Virus record (IMG/VR): IMGVR_UViG_3300031957_002411
Coordinates: 1 to 64,000 of that record
From: a virus
Reading direction: 5' to 3' (one strand)
DNA length: 64,000 bases
Shown here: positions 57,158-64,000 of the stretch, in pieces
Layout of the letters: each line of letters starts with the position of its first letter
Position numbering within the stretch: position 1 is the stretch's first letter
Notes under the pieces: generated by a model
The model's input: only the letters and a program-made list of their open reading frames with translations
Database searches by the model: none
What the model was told of the DNA's origin: nothing
Program-made: the position numbers and the translations under genes

Positions 57158-58723
57158 TTGAACTGGTTTCCATTGAAGAACTTTACGCATTATAGTTTAC
57201 TAAGAGGATTCTCTAAGCCACACGAACTTGCAAAGATTTGTGCTGACAATGATTATCCAGCATGTGGTATTACAGACTACAAATCTATATCAGGCGCTGT
57301 GTCTTTTCACCAAGCTTGTAAAAAAGTTGGAATCAAGCCAATCATAGGATGCTCATTTGATAACACGACTGTATACGCAAAAAACAAAGATGGATGGCAC
57401 GATCTAATACAAATGGTATCAATGACTGACGAAAATGGCAACATGCCAACAGATATTGCTAAAGATATTATTAGTAGAAATAACCTAGTAGCACTACCAA
57501 AATCTAAAGATAAAATAAAACCTTCGTATTATGTAAAAAAAGAACAAGCTGGATTACATAGAGTTTTATTATGTTCTGCCCTAAAAACAACACTGCCCAA
57601 AATCCAAACTCAAATACGTAAAAAAGAATTAGACAAAGATATACTAGAGTACTTCAATAAAGATGATAAATGTGTCACTGAAGGTGAGGTGACTAAAGAA
57701 TTAGAATACATATACAATTCTTGTGAAGAATACGATATACTAAGCCCACCAATGTTGCCTACCTTTGTTTGTCCTAATGGTATGTCACAAGAAGAATATC
57801 TAACAAATATGGCTAGAAAGGGATATACTGAATTATTAAAACCAAAGGTTGGTAAAGACAAAGAAAAGCAAAAAGTTTATGGTGACAGATTTCAGAAAGA
57901 GTTAGAGGTAATCAGAAATGCAGACCTGTTTGGCTACTTCTTGATTGTTCAAGATATTATCAGACATATAGAAAAAGATATGGGTTGTTTAGCTGGACCG
58001 GGGAGAGGATCTGCTGCTGGTTGTCTGATATCATATCTTATTGGAATCACTAAGATTGATCCAGTAGAACATGATTTGCTATTTGAAAGATTTTATAATG
58101 CGGGTCGTAATGCTGGTGGTAACGTTTCTTTGCCCGATATTGACATGGACGTTCCGGGCAAGAGAAGAGATGATGTCATAGACTATCTCAAGGAAACATA
58201 TGGTAAAGAACATGTTAGTCAAATGATTACGTTTGGAAGACTACAGGGACGTAGTGCTATTAAAGAAGTTTTAAGAATTAATGATGCTTGTTCCTTTAGC
58301 GAAATGAACACTATAACTAAAAGTGTTCCAAATGAAGCAGAAATATCTGACCAACTGGTAGAAATGGACGATGAAGATAGATCAATTATTAAATGGTCTC
58401 TCATGAATCGTGCAGACGAACTAAGAGATTTTTGTCATATAACAGACGATGGAAAGCTTGAAGGTGACTACGCAGAGTATTTCCAGCAAGCAATAGAAAT
58501 AGAGGGAACTTTTAAAACGCAGGGTAAACATGCTGCTGGTGTTGTCATATCAAAAGACAAGCTGAAGAATGTTTGCCCAATGGTAGAACAGAAAGGATCT
58601 ATTGAAAAGATAGCAGGTTTAGAAATGTCTGATCTAGAAGCGCTAGGTCATGTAAAATTTGACGTTCTAGGAATCAATCTTCTAGATAAACTCATGAAAA
58701 TTAAGGAATTAACTAATGGCTAA
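57158..58723 (+). CDS. dnaE: DNA polymerase III alpha, N-terminal half (degenerate PHP + palm/thumb)
   Basis: THYSLL.G, GITD, KPIIG; GPGRGSAAG, LLFERF, PDIDMD, HAAGVVI, KFDVLG then stop. Confidence 0.9.
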   Translation: MNWFPLKNFTHYSLLRGFSKPHELAKICADNDYPACGITDYKSISGAVSFHQACKKVGIKPIIGCSFDNTTVYAKNKDGWHDLIQMVSMTDENGNMPTDIAKDIISRNNLVALPKSKDKIKPSYYVKKEQAGLHRVLLCSALKTTLPKIQTQIRKKELDKDILEYFNKDDKCVTEGEVTKELEYIYNSCEEYDILSPPMLPTFVCPNGMSQEEYLTNMARKGYTELLKPKVGKDKEKQKVYGDRFQKELEVIRNADLFGYFLIVQDIIRHIEKDMGCLAGPGRGSAAGCLISYLIGITKIDPVEHDLLFERFYNAGRNAGGNVSLPDIDMDVPGKRRDDVIDYLKETYGKEHVSQMITFGRLQGRSAIKEVLRINDACSFSEMNTITKSVPNEAEISDQLVEMDDEDRSIIKWSLMNRADELRDFCHITDDGKLEGDYAEYFQQAIEIEGTFKTQGKHAAGVVISKDKLKNVCPMVEQKGSIEKIAGLEMSDLEALGHVKFDVLGINLLDKLMKIKELTNG

Positions 58724-59396
58724 TAGAGACTTTATTGTATTTGACTTTGAAACAGGAAGTCGTAATCCTCATAAAACACAACCCACGCAAATTGCTGCTT
58801 TGGCTTTAGATGGTCGTAATCTTGCTATGAAAGGTACATTCAACAGTGAAATTAGACCTATCTTAAACGACGAAGCCGCTATTGCTGCTGGGTTAGATCC
58901 AATTGAAGACGGAGCATTAAAAGTTACAGGAAAAAATAGAAAAGATCTAGCGAAGGCTCCAACTCTAAAATCAGTTTGGAAAAAGTTTTGCACATTTGTA
59001 GATAAGTATAATTGGAAAAAAGATCCATTTTATAATCCTATACCTGTTGGATATAATATTATAGGATTTGACATGGTTATAATCAACAGGTTATGTAAAG
59101 AGTATGGACCATTTGACGATGCTAGACAACAGCAAAAAATATTTAGCAGAGTTCACAAATGTGACGTTATGGATAACATGCATATGTGGACAGAGGGTGA
59201 TCCTAGCATCAGATCTATCAGCATGGATACGTTGCGTGAACGCATGGGACTGTCGAAAGAAAATGCACATGATGCGTTGCAAGATGTTAAGGATACGACT
59301 AATATATTTATAAAGCTACTAAAGACTCATCGCGCAGTTTACCAAGAAATACAACTAGACAAGGCTTTTGCTAATGGAAACCTCTACGTTAAGTAA
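58716..59396 (+). CDS. DEDDh 3'-5' exonuclease (DnaQ-like)
   Basis: VFDFETG, GYNIIGFD, AHDALQDV. Confidence 0.88.
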   Translation: MANRDFIVFDFETGSRNPHKTQPTQIAALALDGRNLAMKGTFNSEIRPILNDEAAIAAGLDPIEDGALKVTGKNRKDLAKAPTLKSVWKKFCTFVDKYNWKKDPFYNPIPVGYNIIGFDMVIINRLCKEYGPFDDARQQQKIFSRVHKCDVMDNMHMWTEGDPSIRSISMDTLRERMGLSKENAHDALQDVKDTTNIFIKLLKTHRAVYQEIQLDKAFANGNLYVK

Positions 59397-59724
59397 AGTA
59401 TGCAAGACCTGTGGTATAAAAAAGTCAAACGATGAGTTTGTAAAGGCTGATGGTCAACATCGCTCAACGAGAAACAGATGCAAAGATTGTCATAAAGCAC
59501 AAGCAAACATACGAAAGAAGTTAAGAAAAGAAAACCCACCGCCAAAAAGTGGGAAATGTCCAATATGTCAAAAGCATACAGAGGATTGGGTTTTAGATCA
59601 TTGCCATGTTAATGAAAGTTTTAGAGGATATATCTGTAGATACTGTAACTCTGGGATAGGATTGTTAGGCGACGATGTAGACGGTGTGGTCAACGCATTG
59701 AATTATTTAATTGAAAGAAGATAA
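59374..59724 (+). CDS. endonuclease-VII-type His-Me nuclease (probable homing endonuclease)
   Basis: CKTC..CKDC; CPIC, LDHCH, RGYICRYCN.GIG. Confidence 0.8.
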   Translation: METSTLSKVCKTCGIKKSNDEFVKADGQHRSTRNRCKDCHKAQANIRKKLRKENPPPKSGKCPICQKHTEDWVLDHCHVNESFRGYICRYCNSGIGLLGDDVDGVVNALNYLIERR

Positions 59725-61283
59725 TGAAATACAACGACGAAAAAACTTGGCAGTTGTTTGAGGAAGGCAAAACAAAAGGTGTCTTCCAGTTAGAGAGTAA
59801 TCTTGGTAAGTCTTGGTCTAAGAAATTAGCACCAAGTAATATAGAAGAATTGTCAGCACTTATTGCGATTATTCGTCCGGGCTGTTTAAAAGCATATGTT
59901 GATGGAAAATCTATGAGCCAACATTTTATTGATCGTAAGCATGGTCGTGAAGAAGTCACGTACCTACATGAATCTCTAGAAGAAATTTTAGCACCAACGT
60001 ATGGCGTTCTTGTGTATCAAGAGCAGTCCATGCGTATTGCGCAAAAAATAGCAGGATTTGATCTACAAGAAGCAGATGAGCTTCGTAAAGCCATTGGAAA
60101 GAAAAAGGCTGACCTAATGGCTAAAGTTAAAAAGAAATTTATAGCTGGTGCAAAAAAGGTTGGTATAGTCAACAAGGAAGAAGCAGAAGAAATATTTGGA
60201 TGGATTCAAGCATCTTCTAGGTACGCATTTAACAAATCACATAGTATATCATATGCTGTTTGTTCATATTGGAGCGCGTATGAGAAAGCTCATCATCCAG
60301 AAGAATTTTTCTTATCATATTTGTACTATGCAAATGAAAAACAAGACCCACATCAAGAAGTATATGAATTATTTTCTGAGGCAAAGTTATTCGATATTCA
60401 AGCAAGAACACCAAGTCTTGCAAATTTTGATACAAAGTTTAATGCTAAAAAGGGTAAAATATATTTTGGTATAAAGGATATTAAATCACTTACAGGTAAA
60501 ACTGGAGACAGAGTTGTTGACTCAGTAAAAGAAGTAGAAGAAGAACTAGGAAAACCAATGACTAAGTTCACATGGGTTGAAATACTCTTGTTCTTTGCTC
60601 CCAAAATTACTTCAACAGCTTTTAAAGCGCTTGCTTCTATAGGATTTTTTAGGGACTTTAAGGATAAAATATCTAGAAATAAAGCTCTATACGACTATGA
60701 TATATACAGATTACTAACCAAGGCAGAGCAAAAATGGATACAAACAAATTACCAAACAAAGAAATGGAAAACTTTTATAGCCTGCTTAGAGGATTTAGCA
60801 CCAACAAAAAAGAATGGTGGTGGAACCCACAAAATCGAAAGATCGCAAGCTGTTGAGAATGAGATACAGTTATTACTAGACCCTCCATACGCCTTAGATG
60901 ACGACCCAAACTGGATTATAGATCAAGAAACTAGATTTCTAGGATGCCCAGTATCAATGACTAAGGTAGAGGTTGCAGATACTTCAGCAGCTAATACCAC
61001 TTGCAAAGATATCATAAATGGTAAGAAAGGCAAAGATATATGTGTAGTGGGCAACATTCAAAGAATGGCAGACTATACTATCAGCAAGGGTGACTCAAAG
61101 GGGAAGCTCATGTCATTTCTAACCATAGAGGATGACACATGCATTTTAGATAGTGTTGTAGTATTTCCAAAAATTAGACAGAAATATAAATATATATTAT
61201 ACGAAGGTAATAATCTGATATTTTGCGGCTCTGTTGCCAAACACGAAACATCTCTAATAGTCGATAAAATTTATGAAATTTAA
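59724..61283 (+). CDS. dnaE: DNA polymerase III alpha, C-terminal half (fingers, HhH, OB)
   Basis: GKTKGVFQLES, IRPG, TYGVLVYQEQ, ADELRKAIGKK, YAFNKSH, MSFLTIEDDT. Confidence 0.9.
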   Translation: MKYNDEKTWQLFEEGKTKGVFQLESNLGKSWSKKLAPSNIEELSALIAIIRPGCLKAYVDGKSMSQHFIDRKHGREEVTYLHESLEEILAPTYGVLVYQEQSMRIAQKIAGFDLQEADELRKAIGKKKADLMAKVKKKFIAGAKKVGIVNKEEAEEIFGWIQASSRYAFNKSHSISYAVCSYWSAYEKAHHPEEFFLSYLYYANEKQDPHQEVYELFSEAKLFDIQARTPSLANFDTKFNAKKGKIYFGIKDIKSLTGKTGDRVVDSVKEVEEELGKPMTKFTWVEILLFFAPKITSTAFKALASIGFFRDFKDKISRNKALYDYDIYRLLTKAEQKWIQTNYQTKKWKTFIACLEDLAPTKKNGGGTHKIERSQAVENEIQLLLDPPYALDDDPNWIIDQETRFLGCPVSMTKVEVADTSAANTTCKDIINGKKGKDICVVGNIQRMADYTISKGDSKGKLMSFLTIEDDTCILDSVVVFPKIRQKYKYILYEGNNLIFCGSVAKHETSLIVDKIYEI

Positions 61284-61330
61284 TTGGTTTTTTTAACTGT
61301 ACAAGCTAATATACTAAGATAGGAGAGAAT

Positions 61331-61648
61331 ATGAACAATTGTTGTTTTACTGGATACCTTGTAGAAAACCCTAGAACGTCAGTGGTCGGAGATGTCGTAC
61401 TAGCTGAGTTTACTGTGGTCGTATATAATTATAGAAGAACAAAAAGCACTGGAGAAAAGAGTAGGATACCCACTTACTTAAATTGCGAAGCTTGGCACAC
61501 AGGCGCTGAAACTATCGAAAGATTTGCAACAGAAGGAACAAAAATTACAATAAACGCTTCAGCAAAAAATAGATCTAAAGATGATGAGTCTGTTGTTTTC
61601 AGAATAAACGAATTTGACATATGCAGTCAAGACTATAACGAAGAATAG
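61331..61648 (+). CDS. divergent SSB-like OB-fold protein
   Basis: MNNCCFTGYL, YLNCEAW..GAE, GTKITI. Confidence 0.65.
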   Translation: MNNCCFTGYLVENPRTSVVGDVVLAEFTVVVYNYRRTKSTGEKSRIPTYLNCEAWHTGAETIERFATEGTKITINASAKNRSKDDESVVFRINEFDICSQDYNEE

Positions 61649-61654
61649 GACAAG

Positions 61655-63301
61655 ATGAGAAAGAAAAGAATATTATTCTGCACAGAGGCGACATTTCTAA
61701 ACACTGGCTATGCCACCTACACTAGAGAAATGCTTAAGTACTTACACAGTACAGATAAATATGAGTTGGCAGAATTAGCAGCTTACGGAGAACCAAATGA
61801 TCAAAGAGCAAAGGGCATACCTTGGAAATTTTATGGAATTATGCCAACAAATAATGCAGAGACAAATGAATACAATGCTAAACCCACTAACCAGTTTGGT
61901 GAATTTAGATTTGAAGAAATATGTTTAGATTTTAAACCAGATATTGTCTGTGACATCAGGGACTTTTGGATGCTTGACTTTGCAGAAAGGTCTCCATACC
62001 GCAAGTTTTTTAAATGGTGTATCATGCCAACAGTTGATGCAAGACCACAGGCTAGACAGTGGATTGCAACATACTCTTCAGCAGACGCTTGTTTAACATA
62101 TTCCGATTGGGCTGGGGATGTACTTAAACAACAAGCTGGAGATCATATCAATTATTTAGGTTCAGCCCCACCTTCTGCACATCCAGCATATGAACCTAAA
62201 GACAAAATTGCACTACGGAAAGCTTTTGGTATAAATGAAAATGCTAAAATCATTGGCACAGTTATGCGCAATCAACGTAGAAAATTATACCCAGATTTAT
62301 TTAAAGCATTTAGATTACTATTAGACAGTGTAGATAATCCAGAAGAATATTTCTTATATTGTCATACAAGCTATCCAGATCTTGGGTGGGAACTACCAGA
62401 ATTGATACAAGAAAACAACATCGCCTCTCACGTTTTATTTACATATGTTTGTAGAGAAACGCAACAGCCTTTTGCATCTTTGTTTAGAGGTGCTTCTGCT
62501 CAATCTCCCTATACTGGTAAATGGGGATCAACACTATCTAATGTGAGACAAGGCTTAAGTTATGAACATTTAGCAAGTGTAATTAATTTATTTGATTTAT
62601 ATGTTCAGTATGCAAATTGTGAAGGTTTTGGATTACCGCAAGTAGAAGCAGCAGCATGTGCAGTGCCAGTAATGGGTACTGATTACTCTGCTATGGAAAG
62701 TGTTCTCAGGCAACTGGATGGTACGCCCATTAAACCCAAAGCGCTCTATAAAGAGCTAGAAACTGGTTGTCTGAGAGCCGTTCCAGATAATGAACTGGCA
62801 GCAAAATTGTTTAAAGAATTTTTTGAATTACCAAAAACTGTTAGATCTAAAAAAGGTTTTGATACTAGACAGAAATTTTTAGATCTTTTTCAATGGGATA
62901 AATCTGGCAAAGTGTGGGAAAGCTATTTTGATAGTGTAGAAATTAGACCTGATACTGAGACTTGGCTATCGCCAGTTGACATACAAAATCCAGAACCAAA
63001 ACCAACTATATCACCAGAAACTAAGCACAATGATTTAGCACAATGGCTAATTGTAAATGTTCTAAAAGAACCAGATAAAATTGGAAAGTATTTAGAATCT
63101 AGATTAACAAGAGATTTAATGTATGAATGTATGTCTGCATCAACAGCTGGTATGTACTTTAATGAATTTTCTGCTGCTTTTGACGGAAAGAATCAAAGAC
63201 ATCCATTTAATTTTGACATTGCTTATAATGAGATGGCTAACATACGTTTAAGAAAAAACAAATGGGAACAAAAAAGAGCGGAGGTATTTGGGATAGAATG
63301 A
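61655..63301 (+). CDS. GT4 glycosyltransferase
   Basis: TGYA, RNQRRK, EGFGLPQVEAAAC. Confidence 0.85.
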   Translation: MRKKRILFCTEATFLNTGYATYTREMLKYLHSTDKYELAELAAYGEPNDQRAKGIPWKFYGIMPTNNAETNEYNAKPTNQFGEFRFEEICLDFKPDIVCDIRDFWMLDFAERSPYRKFFKWCIMPTVDARPQARQWIATYSSADACLTYSDWAGDVLKQQAGDHINYLGSAPPSAHPAYEPKDKIALRKAFGINENAKIIGTVMRNQRRKLYPDLFKAFRLLLDSVDNPEEYFLYCHTSYPDLGWELPELIQENNIASHVLFTYVCRETQQPFASLFRGASAQSPYTGKWGSTLSNVRQGLSYEHLASVINLFDLYVQYANCEGFGLPQVEAAACAVPVMGTDYSAMESVLRQLDGTPIKPKALYKELETGCLRAVPDNELAAKLFKEFFELPKTVRSKKGFDTRQKFLDLFQWDKSGKVWESYFDSVEIRPDTETWLSPVDIQNPEPKPTISPETKHNDLAQWLIVNVLKEPDKIGKYLESRLTRDLMYECMSASTAGMYFNEFSAAFDGKNQRHPFNFDIAYNEMANIRLRKNKWEQKRAEVFGIE

Positions 63302-64000
63302 AAGTTTTATACATAGGACATTTTAGAGAGGCTGGTGGTTGGTCTAATGCTGCTATAGATTTTGCATTAGCGTTAGATAAAGTTGGTGTTGACGTTGTTT
63401 GTAGAGATATAAAATTAACTGACAAACAATCTGAACTACCAGATAGAATAAAAGAATTAGAACAAAAAACATTAGACAATGTAGATTATTGTATTCAAAA
63501 TGTTTTACCACACCATCTTGTAGCAACGGACAAATTTAAAAAGAATATTGCGTATTTTTTTAGTGAGACAGCATCCATAACTAGCTCTTGGATAGACAAT
63601 CTAAATTTGATGGACGCAGTGTGGGTTCCTAATGAAACTAATCGTGATGCATTACTTGACAGTAAAATTGAAACTAATGTAGATGTCATACCTGTGCCAT
63701 GTGATCTATCTAAATTTGCAAAACAATATGATAAATTAGACATGTTAGAGGTAAATGATCAATTTAAATTTTATACAATGTGTGATTTAAATAGTCGCAA
63801 AAATATAGAATCTATCATAAAGTGTTTTCACAGTGAGTTTTGCAATGGAGAACAAGTAGCATTAGTTTTAAAGATTAATAAATATGGATTGTCTCCAGAT
63901 CAAGTAGGATTAGAATTTGAAAATATATCAAAAAATATAAAGGAACGAATGAGAATCGGCCCTGTTTCAAGTCTTGCAAAAGAAGTTATCATACCTACTT
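63298..64000 (+). CDS. GT4-like glycosyltransferase, truncated by the window end
   Basis: Hand translation MKVLYIGHFREAGGWSNAA...WVPN...RKNIESII; ATGA overlap. Confidence 0.75.
   Translation, partial: MKVLYIGHFREAGGWSNAAIDFALALDKVGVDVVCRDIKLTDKQSELPDRIKELEQKTLDNVDYCIQNVLPHHLVATDKFKKNIAYFFSETASITSSWIDNLNLMDAVWVPNETNRDALLDSKIETNVDVIPVPCDLSKFAKQYDKLDMLEVNDQFKFYTMCDLNSRKNIESIIKCFHSEFCNGEQVALVLKINKYGLSPDQVGLEFENISKNIKERMRIGPVSSLAKEVIIPT

Noticed and set aside
58716-59724. Group I intron or split intein joining the dnaE halves
   Set aside because: Interval is fully coding with overlapping starts and stops; no intein N-terminal Cys/Ser block or C-terminal HN motif seen
111-63743. All minus-strand ORFs in the track
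   Set aside because: They lie antisense to well-supported + strand genes and show no recognisable motifs; treated as shadow ORFs
1-64000. Stop-codon reassignment
   Set aside because: The standard code gives full-length, tightly packed genes ending in TAA, TAG and TGA

Overview
AT-rich, gene-dense 64-kb segment with essentially every credible gene on the + strand. The content points to a large tailed dsDNA phage rather than a cell: rIIB, ThyX, dCMP deaminase, class II RNR, dUTPase, PhoH, RecA-like recombinase, DnaB, primase, dNMP kinase, Cas4-like nuclease, two SSBs, a sigma factor, holin-like and fibre proteins, with no rRNA or ribosomal proteins. A DUF1549/DUF1553 cytochrome + DUF1501 pair suggests a Planctomycetota (PVC) host; this is inference. 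The window also holds tRNA-Arg(UCU) and a tmRNA (tag ADTSVLALAA). Main points of interest: (1) about 33 glycan-related genes, including a candidate CMP-ulosonic-acid pathway, a GT29 sialyltransferase-like protein, fucose and branched C-methyl-sugar enzymes, plus Ser-Gly-periodic fibre proteins that could be the acceptors; (2) DnaE split without an intein at the palm/finger junction, with a DEDDh exonuclease and an endonuclease-VII-type gene between the halves; (3) apparent absence of CCWGG, with every Pro-Gly I checked coded CCS-GGN; (4) a TM-PAS / holin-like / papain-family protease cassette; (5) two unannotated paralogous mini-genes after two paralogous fibre genes. All family calls come from motif recognition by eye; no searches were run.
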